33,024 bases of DNA from positions 1-33,024 of the IMG/VR virus record IMGVR_UViG_3300008255_000306; one strand, written 5' to 3'. Each line of letters starts with the position of its first letter. The first letter of the stretch is position 1. The DNA comes from a virus (lineage: Duplodnaviria > Caudoviricetes). The notes beneath the pieces were generated by a model. That model saw only the letters and a list, made by a program, of their open reading frames with translations, did not search any database and was not told the origin of the DNA. This document shows, piece after piece, positions 18,106 through 26,250 of the stretch. A program made the translations under genes and the position numbers.

Positions 18106-18192
18106 ATGACCGCCGCCAGCTTGGCCGACCAGCCTGCACCGGCACGACCCACGGTAGCTCTTGCGGTTCGCGCCTGCAAGGTGTGCCGATGA
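18106..18192 (+). CDS. 28-aa leader ORF ending in CxxC, coupled to the initiator gene
   Basis: GAGG RBS, MTAASLADQPAPARPTVALAVRACKVCR; its TGA overlaps the ATG at 18189. Confidence 0.35.
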   Translation: MTAASLADQPAPARPTVALAVRACKVCR

Positions 18193-19331
18193 CCACGCGC
18201 GTTGCCCCCTGGTTCCACGCCGGCGCCGCCGGCTGGGAGTCGGCCCGCGCCCGCCTGCCGCGGCCCCTGACGGTCGAGGAGGCGGTGACTGACCTGCGCT
18301 GGTGGGAACGGCAGGTACGCCTGGGCCGCGACGATCCCGAAACAGGTCGCTCGCTGCAGCGCATGCCGGGCCGTGGCCGCCTGGTCACCGAGTGGGGGTG
18401 GGACCAGCCCGACCGGGTGCACACCCCCAACGCCGTGCGGCTGCTGCTGGCGGACGTGCTGGCCTGGCACCGGCCGCCCGCCGGCGGGACGCCGCACTGC
18501 GCGGAGTGCGCCGCAGCCGCGGCCGCTGGAAAGTACCAGCCAAGTACCAGCCAAGTACCAGCCGGTGCAAGGTACAACGCCGACAATGGGCCGAAAAGTA
18601 CCAGCGAAGTACCAGCGGAGTACCAGCCCGACGACGGCGCCAGCGGTCCACCAGCCGAGTGCCAGCCAAGTACCAGCCAGGACACGGTGAAACCTACGCT
18701 TTCGGCTGGACAGTACCAGCCAAGTACCAGCCAAGTACCAGCGCGACGGCGCAAGGGCGCAGGATCACCGGACTATTCGGGCACCGAGAATGCGAGAGAT
18801 CGAGAGGCTACTACTGCTCCCCCCCAACCCCCCCAGGGGGGGCACCCGGTGGATCGGCTGCTGGAGTCCCAGGCCGTGACCGCCGGTCAGCGGCAGCTGC
18901 TGCTGGTGCTGCGCCGCTGGACGGATCCCGGCGCCGATCCGCCGCACCGGTGGGTGGTGGACTGGGGCGACGTGCTGGCCTGGTGGGCGCACAACGTGGT
19001 GGCCCGGCCCGACTACGCCACGCTGGACCTGGCTCACCAGCTGGAGCGCTGGGACGCCTACCTGGAGCGCGCCGCGGCCCTGCACCGGCAGGGCGGCGCT
19101 GGCGGACGCTTCCCGAAGGTGTGGAAGAATGCTGTTCACACCTGGCTTACCAACGCTGCGCGCTATGCTGCGCAGGCGCCCCCACCCCCACCCGGATCCA
19201 CCCCCAGCACAGGACCCGACCATGCCGACCAGCGACGCCGTGCGACCACACGGCGACGTGGACAGCCCGACGGCGACCGCCCCGGCCTGTTCGACCTCGA
19301 ACCCACCGACGCCGGGGCATACCATGACTGA
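18189..19331 (+). CDS. Phage replication initiator (lambda O-like organisation) containing the origin iterons
   Basis: N-terminal HTH-like MPGRGRLVTEWGW, a central low-complexity iteron block and C-terminal FPKVWKNAVHTWLTN; followed by a DnaC-like ATPase. Confidence 0.65.
   Translation: MTTRVAPWFHAGAAGWESARARLPRPLTVEEAVTDLRWWERQVRLGRDDPETGRSLQRMPGRGRLVTEWGWDQPDRVHTPNAVRLLLADVLAWHRPPAGGTPHCAECAAAAAAGKYQPSTSQVPAGARYNADNGPKSTSEVPAEYQPDDGASGPPAECQPSTSQDTVKPTLSAGQYQPSTSQVPARRRKGAGSPDYSGTENARDREATTAPPQPPQGGHPVDRLLESQAVTAGQRQLLLVLRRWTDPGADPPHRWVVDWGDVLAWWAHNVVARPDYATLDLAHQLERWDAYLERAAALHRQGGAGGRFPKVWKNAVHTWLTNAARYAAQAPPPPPGSTPSTGPDHADQRRRATTRRRGQPDGDRPGLFDLEPTDAGAYHD
18531..18743 (+). repeat. Iteron array / putative replication origin: 4 clusters x 3 copies of an 11-mer AAGTACCAGCC
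   Basis: Clusters at 18531-63, 18596-628, 18646-78 (degenerate) and 18711-43, followed by a less GC-rich stretch at about 18765-18815. Confidence 0.85.
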
Positions 19332-20619
19332 TCCCGGCCCGCCGCCCTGGGCGCCACCGGAGCCACCGCCTGTGCCGTGTCGCGGGGGCTGCGGCCGCCT
19401 GCTGCGCTGGACCTGGCGCAGCGGGCCGCAGGACGGCCCCAGCTTCTCGCGCGCCCGCTGGCTGCCCCCGGACTACCTGGGGGCCAGTCCGGTGTGCCCG
19501 GACTGCACCGCCGCTGCTGCTGCCCGCGCTGCAGCGACCGTGGAGGCGCGCCGGCTGGCCAGCCGGCCCGACCCGTGGCCCCCACCCGAGCCGCTGCCCC
19601 GGGTGTGCGCGGGCGGCGATTGCCCGGTGGTCATGCGGTGGACCTGGCACGAGGGGCCGTGGGACGGCCCGAGCTTTGCACGCGGCCGGTGGCAGCCCCC
19701 CACGACCTACCTATGCCCGCAGCACCTGGCCGAACAGCAGGCCCAGCAGGCGGCACAGCGGCAGCAGGAGCGCCTGGCCGCGTCGGGCCTGCCCGCGCGC
19801 CTGCAGGTGTACAGCTGGGACCGGGTGCAGGAGTACCGGGACGGCAAGGGCCAGCTGGTGCCGTACGAGGCCCGCGGCCAGGTCACCCACGCGGCCTTCA
19901 GGCGCTTCCAGCTGGGCCTGCCCGAGGGCGTGCTGGGGATCACGCCGTGGAACAAGATCCTGGCCCGCCGGTTGCGTCAGGTGTGCCAGGACGACGGCCC
20001 GGTGCGCAGCTGGCTGATCATGGGCCCGGTGGGCAGCGGCAAGTCCACCCTGGTGGCGGCGACGGTGGCCGGCCTGCTGGCCCGGGGCCTGCAGTGCTAC
20101 TACCTGACCGAGGCCGACCTGTGGGCCCGGGTGCGGCAGCAGTGGGGGCAGACCGCCCGCAAGCACCACCGGGACCCGGACGTGGTGCAGGCCCTGGTGG
20201 ACGTGCCCGTGCTGGCCCTGGACGACCTGGGCACGATCGAGTCGCCCAGGCCCTGGCACGTGGACGGCATGGAGCGCCTGGTGTGCGGGCGCTACGACGC
20301 CGACCGGCCGCTGCTGATCACCACCAACGCGACGGTGCAGCAGCTGGCCGACACCTACGGCGAGCGGGTGGGTAGCCGGCTGACCGAGCTGATCGGCCGC
20401 GGGCAGCGCTACGTGCGCCTGGGCGGGCCGGACTGGCGCACCGGGCTGGTGCGGCCCGACGCGCCGCCGGCCACCGACGCGCCTGCAGCAGCCGCCCCTG
20501 CAGCCGCCCCTGCAGCCGCCCCCGCGGCCGCCCCTGACCCTGACCTCCCCGACGACACCACCCCGTGCCCCGACTGTGGGTACCACCCCTGCCGGCGCAT
20601 GCCCGGCTGCGAGGACTGA
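19222..20619 (+). CDS. DnaC/IstB-like AAA+ helicase loader with duplicated N-terminal Zn-binding repeats
   Basis: SGLPARL, Walker A GPVGSGKST, Walker B LALDDLG, LITTN and YGERVGSRL. The start is either 19222 (conserved RBS motif) or 19324. Confidence 0.82.
   Translation: MPTSDAVRPHGDVDSPTATAPACSTSNPPTPGHTMTDPGPPPWAPPEPPPVPCRGGCGRLLRWTWRSGPQDGPSFSRARWLPPDYLGASPVCPDCTAAAAARAAATVEARRLASRPDPWPPPEPLPRVCAGGDCPVVMRWTWHEGPWDGPSFARGRWQPPTTYLCPQHLAEQQAQQAAQRQQERLAASGLPARLQVYSWDRVQEYRDGKGQLVPYEARGQVTHAAFRRFQLGLPEGVLGITPWNKILARRLRQVCQDDGPVRSWLIMGPVGSGKSTLVAATVAGLLARGLQCYYLTEADLWARVRQQWGQTARKHHRDPDVVQALVDVPVLALDDLGTIESPRPWHVDGMERLVCGRYDADRPLLITTNATVQQLADTYGERVGSRLTELIGRGQRYVRLGGPDWRTGLVRPDAPPATDAPAAAAPAAAPAAAPAAAPDPDLPDDTTPCPDCGYHPCRRMPGCED
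20482..20535 (+). repeat. 12-bp tandem repeat encoding a PAAA linker
   Basis: About four cctgcagccgcc-type units in the C-terminal linker of the loader. Confidence 0.75.
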
Positions 20620-20623
20620 CGAC

Positions 20624-21016
20624 ATGACCGACCCCCACGACATGACCCCCGAGGACCAGGCCGCCTACGTGCGGGCGCGCCTCGAGGAGTGGCTGCAGGA
20701 GCGCCTGGGTCGCCCGCTGGACCAGGTGCAGCGCGACCTGGAGGACAGCGGCACCATGGACCGCGTGACCGCCGCGATCCGCGCCCAGGCCGACCAGCTG
20801 GCCGCTGCCCGCGGCCGCGCGATTGCGGTGGAGGCCGCGGAGCCCACCGACGCCAACCGCGAGGCCCAGGTGCTGCGCTACAGCCTGACCCTGCCCTGGG
20901 AGCTGGCCCTGGAGCTGGGGGCCTGCCCCCGCTGCTGGAGCCTGCCCTGCGAGTGCCCGCCGATCGTGCTGACCCTGGAGCTGCGCGCGGACACCGACAC
21001 CGACAGCGGGGACTGA
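20624..21016 (+). CDS. Hypothetical protein with C-terminal CPRC...CEC motif
   Basis: GAGGA RBS and GC3 bias. Confidence 0.6.
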   Translation: MTDPHDMTPEDQAAYVRARLEEWLQERLGRPLDQVQRDLEDSGTMDRVTAAIRAQADQLAAARGRAIAVEAAEPTDANREAQVLRYSLTLPWELALELGACPRCWSLPCECPPIVLTLELRADTDTDSGD

Positions 21017-21018
21017 CC

Positions 21019-21372
21019 ATGCGCCGCATCAGCTTCGGCCTGACGATCCAGCAGTACCGCAACGGCACCAAAAACGTGACCCGGCGCCTGGGGTGGGCGG
21101 GCCAGCAGGCGGGCGATCGCCTGCTGGCCGTGGACAAGGTGATGGGCTTCCGCAAGGGCCAGCACGCCACAGTGCTGGGCGAGCTGCAGGTGGTCAGCGT
21201 GCGCCGCGAGCGCCTGGACGCGATCGACCAGGACGACGTTCGCCGCGAGGGGTTCCCGCACCTGGATCCCGCCGGCTTCGTGGCCATGTTCTGCAAGGCC
21301 ATGGGCTGCAGCCCTGACACCCTGGTGACCCGGATCGAGTTCCAGCAGCTGCCACCGCCGGCGACGGCATGA
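21019..21372 (+). CDS. ASCH-domain (PUA-like) protein
   Basis: ISF...GTKNVTRR, GDRL and VVSVRRERLDAIDQDDVRREGF. Confidence 0.78.
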   Translation: MRRISFGLTIQQYRNGTKNVTRRLGWAGQQAGDRLLAVDKVMGFRKGQHATVLGELQVVSVRRERLDAIDQDDVRREGFPHLDPAGFVAMFCKAMGCSPDTLVTRIEFQQLPPPATA

Positions 21373-21569
21373 CCCCCACGCCCGCCATGATCCGCCAGGT
21401 GCGCGACACCCTGCTGGGCCTGCAGGCCAAGGCCGACGCGGCCGCGGCGCAAGGCCGGCTGGTGGTGGACGTGCACGTGTACGTCGGCAGCCGGCGGGCC
21501 GTCCTGGCCTGGCCCGCCGAGCGGATCGTGGTGTGGGCGGACACCCGCACGCCGCTGTCACACCCGTGA
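21369..21569 (+). CDS. Small hypothetical protein
   Basis: ATGA overlap and GC3 bias. Confidence 0.5.
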   Translation: MTPTPAMIRQVRDTLLGLQAKADAAAAQGRLVVDVHVYVGSRRAVLAWPAERIVVWADTRTPLSHP

Positions 21570-21630
21570 CGGCCACCCGTTACACTGATCCCCGCGGCCG
21601 ACCAGCCGCACGCACAGGAGCGACCCGACC

Positions 21631-22473
21631 ATGACCACGACCCCCACGCTGGACGACTGCCTGGCCTTGGCCAGCCTGTCTCAGCAGTTCGGCACCGTCG
21701 AACGCGCCACGCAGCACCCCGACGGCCGCGCCGAGTCGGACTCCACGCACACCGTCATGCTGGGCCTGCTGGCCCAGGCGCTGGCGCCGCACGAGGCCGT
21801 GCCCCTGTACCTCGGCCTGCTGGCCCAGCTGGCCTACGTCCACGACCTGGCCGAGGCCTACGCCGGCGACACCAACACCGCCGGCGGCCTGGACGCCGAC
21901 CAGCGCCGCGCCAAGGCCGAGCGTGAGGCCCTGGCCCTGGCCCGGATCCGCGACGAGCTGCGGGGCATGCCCGGGGTGCTGCGGCTGGTGGACCTGTACG
22001 AGGACCAGGTGCTGCCCGAGGCCCGCTGGCTGCGGTACCTGGACAAGGTGCTGCCCAAGCTGACGCATTGTCACAACCGCTGCGCCGCCGTCCAGGCCAT
22101 GGGCATGACCCTGGCCGACGTGCAGCACAGCCACCGCACCCAGGGTGCAGAGCTGCGGGCGACCTACCCCGAGTACACCCTGCTGCACGACCTGTTCGAC
22201 GCGGCGGCCCACGCCGCCGAGGCCTGCTACGTGGACAACCACGGGCAGCGGTCGGTGCCACCGCCGGCGGTCTACTACAACCCCACCACCTGCAGGTACT
22301 ACCTGGTGACCCACACCCTGCAGGCCGGTGTCGGTGGGGTGGTGATCACCCCCTGGTCGGAGCGCCGCGGCCGCCGCCGCCGTGGGGAGGTGGGGTGGTC
22401 GGGTGGCCAGGTGCCGACTGGCTGGCACAGGGTGCGCAACCTGCCCGAAGTGGACGTGGAGATCGTGCCATGA
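21631..22473 (+). CDS. HD-domain phosphohydrolase (YfbR/HDDC2 5'-deoxynucleotidase-like) with C-terminal extension
   Basis: VER...ESDSTH, VHDLAEAYAGD, KAERE and EARWLRYLDK. Confidence 0.82.
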   Translation: MTTTPTLDDCLALASLSQQFGTVERATQHPDGRAESDSTHTVMLGLLAQALAPHEAVPLYLGLLAQLAYVHDLAEAYAGDTNTAGGLDADQRRAKAEREALALARIRDELRGMPGVLRLVDLYEDQVLPEARWLRYLDKVLPKLTHCHNRCAAVQAMGMTLADVQHSHRTQGAELRATYPEYTLLHDLFDAAAHAAEACYVDNHGQRSVPPPAVYYNPTTCRYYLVTHTLQAGVGGVVITPWSERRGRRRRGEVGWSGGQVPTGWHRVRNLPEVDVEIVP

Positions 22474-23462
22474 CCCGCGCCACCACCATGGGCCACCGGA
22501 TCAGCTGGACCGGCCGCACCTGGAACCCCGGGATCTTCGGCTGCACGCTGGCTGGCCCTGAGTGCCTGTCCTGCTACGCCGCGGTCATGGCGCACCGGGG
22601 CCTGGGCCCCTACGCCCAGTACAAGGGCGCGATCACCAAGGTAGACACCCACGGCGTGACCTGGACGGGCGCGGTGGTCACCGACCTGGACCGCGTGGCG
22701 ACCACCGCGGCGCAGCTGCCGCGGACTCCCACCCTGGTCTTCACCACGTCCATGGCCGACCTGTACCACCGGGACGTGCACGAGGACTTCCTGGCGGCGG
22801 TGCACGCGGAAATGGCGGCGCGCCCGGTGCTGACCTTCCAGGAGCTGACCAAGCGGGCCGACCGACGGCAGCACCTGTACACCGATCCCGCCTACGTCCG
22901 GCTGGTGGAGCGCCAGCTGCAGCAGCGGCACCCTGGGGCCGCCTGGCCCGGCTGGCCGCTGCCCAACGTGTGGCAGGGCACCACCATGGGCGACGACGCG
23001 CCGGCCAGGCACGACCGGGCGCGGGCGCTGTGCGCCACCCCCACGCGGGCCGTGCGCTTCCTGTCTGTGGAGCCCATGCTGCAGGCGCCGGACCTGCGGG
23101 GCTACGTCGAGCCCCACCCGCTGACCCGGGCCACCCAGGCCCTGCGCGCGGGCCGGTACCCCGTGGCCGACAAGGGCCCCGGGTCGCCGATCAACCTGGT
23201 GATCCTGGGCGGCGAGTCCAAGTACACCCGTCGAGCCCCCCGCCCCCTGGACCTGGACGGGCTGCGCCGGGTGATCGACTACGTGGGCCGGTGCGGGCCC
23301 GGGGTGGCCGTGCAGATCAAGCAGCTGGGCGACGTGTGGGCCGCCCAGGCCGGCAGCGCGGACAAGGCCGGGGCCGACCCGGCCGACTGGCCCGCCGACC
23401 TGCAGCCCTACTACGGCCTGCCCGGCCACCTGGCCCAGCAGGCCGGGCTGGGGGCAGCATGA
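22470..23462 (+). CDS. DUF5131 (phage Gp37/Gp68) radical-SAM-like protein
   Basis: ISWTGRTWNP, C-x6-C-x2-C (GCTLAGPECLSCYA), SMADLYH, LTKR, PNVWQG, FLSVEPML, ILGGES and IKQLG. Confidence 0.88.
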   Translation: MTRATTMGHRISWTGRTWNPGIFGCTLAGPECLSCYAAVMAHRGLGPYAQYKGAITKVDTHGVTWTGAVVTDLDRVATTAAQLPRTPTLVFTTSMADLYHRDVHEDFLAAVHAEMAARPVLTFQELTKRADRRQHLYTDPAYVRLVERQLQQRHPGAAWPGWPLPNVWQGTTMGDDAPARHDRARALCATPTRAVRFLSVEPMLQAPDLRGYVEPHPLTRATQALRAGRYPVADKGPGSPINLVILGGESKYTRRAPRPLDLDGLRRVIDYVGRCGPGVAVQIKQLGDVWAAQAGSADKAGADPADWPADLQPYYGLPGHLAQQAGLGAA

Positions 23463-24061
23463 CCGACCGCGACGACGGCAAGGTGATCCGCCGCGAGTGG
23501 TTGGCGCACCCGGTGCTCACCGACCTGACCGCGGACGGGGTGGTGGTGGGCGTGGACCATGGCGGCACCGACGGCGCCGCTACGTTGGTGGTGCTGTCGG
23601 TGGACGGTCAAGGCCGCGGGCAGGGCTACCGCCCCGTGCTGGTGATCGTGGACGACCCCCACGACGACGCCCCACCCGATCCCGACCGGCTGCGCGAGGT
23701 GCTGCGGCGTTGGGTGGAGGCCTGCGACGGGCTGCGCGACGGCCTGCAGGATCTGGCCCACGCCGCCAGCGCTACCTACGGCGCGCTGGAGGAGCTGCTG
23801 CAGCGCCTCAAGCTGCCCGAGCTGCTGCAGCGCCTCAAGCTGCCCGAGCTGCGCCTACCCGACGAGCTGCGGGCCGAGCTGGACCAGCTGACCCGCCGGG
23901 CGGCCACGACCGCGACCAGCTGGCCGCTGCTACGCCGGCCGCCACCGCCGCCGCCGGCATGGCCCACGCAGCCCACCCGGGCCATGGCCTGGCACCCACA
24001 CACCTGCTCCACCGCCCGCCGCCGTCGCGGCCCTTGGACCCTGCCTCGGACGCCCGCATGA
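23459..24061 (+). CDS. Hypothetical mosaic protein with terminase-like motif fragments
   Basis: ATGA overlaps at both ends; VVGVDHGGTD and GYRPVLVIVDDP. Confidence 0.5.
   Translation: MTDRDDGKVIRREWLAHPVLTDLTADGVVVGVDHGGTDGAATLVVLSVDGQGRGQGYRPVLVIVDDPHDDAPPDPDRLREVLRRWVEACDGLRDGLQDLAHAASATYGALEELLQRLKLPELLQRLKLPELRLPDELRAELDQLTRRAATTATSWPLLRRPPPPPPAWPTQPTRAMAWHPHTCSTARRRRGPWTLPRTPA
23792..23852 (+). repeat. 27-bp perfect tandem duplication (ELLQRLKLP x2)
   Basis: gagctgctgcagcgcctcaagctgccc at 23792-818 and 23819-845. Confidence 0.9.
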
Positions 24062-26250
24062 ACGCCCCCACCGACGTGACCCAGGACAAGCTGCAGGTGC
24101 GGCTGGACCGCTTGCGCGCGATCCTCACCAGCGGCGGCTATCAGTACGACACCGAGCGCGACCTGCAGGACCAGCTGGAGCTGCGCCTGCAGCAGGCGGG
24201 CCTGCGGTACAAGCGCGAGGCGCCCCTGGCCAAGGGCCGCGGCACGCCCGACTTCCTGGTGGGCGAGCAGCCCTGGCTGGTGGTCGAGGTCAAGATCAAG
24301 GGCAGCCGCAACGACCTGCTGCGCCAGGTGGACGGCTACCTGGGCGACGGCCGGGTTGGCGCCTGCCTGGTGGCTACCACCCGGACCGGCCACCGCGACC
24401 TGCCCACGACCATGCACGACAAGCTGCTGCGGGTCGCCTGGCTGTCCACCGGCGCCGCCCTGGGTGGGCCGACCAACCCCAAGCAGACGGAGGAAACCCC
24501 GGCTGTGGGGCAGCTGGTGCGCACCGCCACGGGCTGGGCGGTCAACCTGGAGGCCCACGCCATGGGCCGCTTCAAGCGCATGTTTCCACGTGTGCAGGCC
24601 AAGCACTACGGCACGATCCACCTGGACGACCGCCGCGAGACGGCGCGGGATCTGGTGTGGTACATGACCCGCTTCCCGTTGCAGTGCAGCGAACTGGACC
24701 TGGCCCACCTGCACGTGCAGGCCGAGCGCTACGACCGGCAGCGGGCCCGGGTGGCAGCGGTGGCCAACGGCACCCTGCGCCCCCGGGACTTCACCATGGA
24801 GATCCCGCCTCGGCCCTACCAACTGCGCGCCGCCGAGATCGCGCTGCAGGGTGGCGGCCTGCTGGTCGCGGACGAGGTGGGCCTGGGTAAGACGGTGACC
24901 GGGATCACCTGCCTGACAGACCCCACCACCCGGCCGGCCCTGGTGGTGACGCTGACCCACCTGGGGCACCAGTGGGAGGAAGAGCTGCGCAGGTTCGCGC
25001 CGCAGCTGAACGTGCACCTGATCCGCAAGGGCACGCCCTACGACGTGACCCGGCCCAAGGGCGGACGGAAGATCGGCAACGACCAGTTCCACGTGCCAGC
25101 CGACACCAGCGGCCTGGGGGGCGATCGCCCCTTCCCTGATGTGCTGGTCACCACCTACAGCAAGCTGGCAGGCTGGGCGGACGTGCTGGCGCCCGTCGTC
25201 AAGGCCGTGGTGTGGGACGAGGTGCAGGAGCTGCGCAAGGGCGACGACACGGGCAAGGGGGCCGCGGCCTACCACCTGGCGCGCAACGCCGAGCGGCTGC
25301 GCCTGGGCCTGTCCGCCACCCCCGTGTACAACTACGCCGACGAGATGCACGCGATCATGGAGGCGATCACGCCGGGGCACCTGGGCACCCGCGACGAGTT
25401 CCTGCAGGAGTGGTGCGCTGCCCAGGGCAGCTCCAACCACCGGGTGCGGGACCCCGAGGCCCTGGGCAGCTGGCTGCGGTCCGAGGGGATCATGGTGCGT
25501 CGCACGCGCCGCGACGTGGGCCGCGAGCTGCCGCCGGTGCACAACGTCCCCGTGCTGGTGGAGGCCGACCTGGACGGCCTGGCCCGCGCCGAGCGCGACG
25601 TGGCCGAGCTGGCGCGGGCGATCCTGGGCGAGCACACCCAGCCCCTGGAGCGGGGCCGGGCGGCCCGGGAAATGGACACCAAGCTGCGGCAGGCCACCGG
25701 GATCGCGAAAGCGCCGTACGTCGCTGCCTTTGTCAAAGGACTGTTCACGGACGGCGCCGATCGCGTGGTGCTGGGCGGCTGGCACCGCGAGGTGTACACG
25801 ATCTGGCTGGACCTGCTGCGCGAGTTCGCGCCGGTCATGTACACCGGCACCGAGTCGCCCAGCCGCAAGCAGGCGGCCAAGGACGCCTTCGTGTCCGGCG
25901 AGTCGCGGCTGCTGATCATGTCGCTGCGCAGCGGGGCCGGCCTGGACGGCCTGCAGACGATCGGCTGTCGGGACGTGGTGTACGGCGAGCTGGACTGGTC
26001 GCCCCAGGTGCACCACCAGTTCACCGGCCGGATCCACCGCGACGGCCAGCCCGACCCGGTGACCGCGTGGTTCCTGCACTGCGACGGGGGCAGCGACCCG
26101 ACCGTGCTGGACGTGCTGGGCGTCAAGCGCAGCCAGTCGGCCGGGATCCTGGATCCCACGGGGACCAACCCCGAGGCCCCGGCGGACGACAGCCACGCCA
26201 AGGCCCTGGCGCGCCGCCTGCTGGGCCTGGCGCCGGCGCAGGAGGACTGA
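24058..26250 (+). CDS. SNF2-family helicase with N-terminal PD-(D/E)XK nuclease domain
   Basis: N-terminal ERDLQ...KRE...PDFLV...VVEVK...QVDGY. Helicase motifs RPYQ, ADEVGLGKT, WDEVQ, LSATP, GAGLDGLQ and QFTGRIHRDGQ. Confidence 0.88.
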   Translation: MNAPTDVTQDKLQVRLDRLRAILTSGGYQYDTERDLQDQLELRLQQAGLRYKREAPLAKGRGTPDFLVGEQPWLVVEVKIKGSRNDLLRQVDGYLGDGRVGACLVATTRTGHRDLPTTMHDKLLRVAWLSTGAALGGPTNPKQTEETPAVGQLVRTATGWAVNLEAHAMGRFKRMFPRVQAKHYGTIHLDDRRETARDLVWYMTRFPLQCSELDLAHLHVQAERYDRQRARVAAVANGTLRPRDFTMEIPPRPYQLRAAEIALQGGGLLVADEVGLGKTVTGITCLTDPTTRPALVVTLTHLGHQWEEELRRFAPQLNVHLIRKGTPYDVTRPKGGRKIGNDQFHVPADTSGLGGDRPFPDVLVTTYSKLAGWADVLAPVVKAVVWDEVQELRKGDDTGKGAAAYHLARNAERLRLGLSATPVYNYADEMHAIMEAITPGHLGTRDEFLQEWCAAQGSSNHRVRDPEALGSWLRSEGIMVRRTRRDVGRELPPVHNVPVLVEADLDGLARAERDVAELARAILGEHTQPLERGRAAREMDTKLRQATGIAKAPYVAAFVKGLFTDGADRVVLGGWHREVYTIWLDLLREFAPVMYTGTESPSRKQAAKDAFVSGESRLLIMSLRSGAGLDGLQTIGCRDVVYGELDWSPQVHHQFTGRIHRDGQPDPVTAWFLHCDGGSDPTVLDVLGVKRSQSAGILDPTGTNPEAPADDSHAKALARRLLGLAPAQED

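Noticed and set aside
18531-18743. Repeat clusters as a CRISPR array
   Set aside because: The units are tandem 11-mers inside an ORF, the gaps are irregular (32, 17, 32 bp) and there are no cas genes. Iterons fit better.
21556-21586. Possible promoter (TACACT at 21581) with a GTCAC-N4-GTGAC palindrome before the HD gene
   Set aside because: There is no acceptable -35 at 17 bp and it does not match the operator consensus. Too weak to call.
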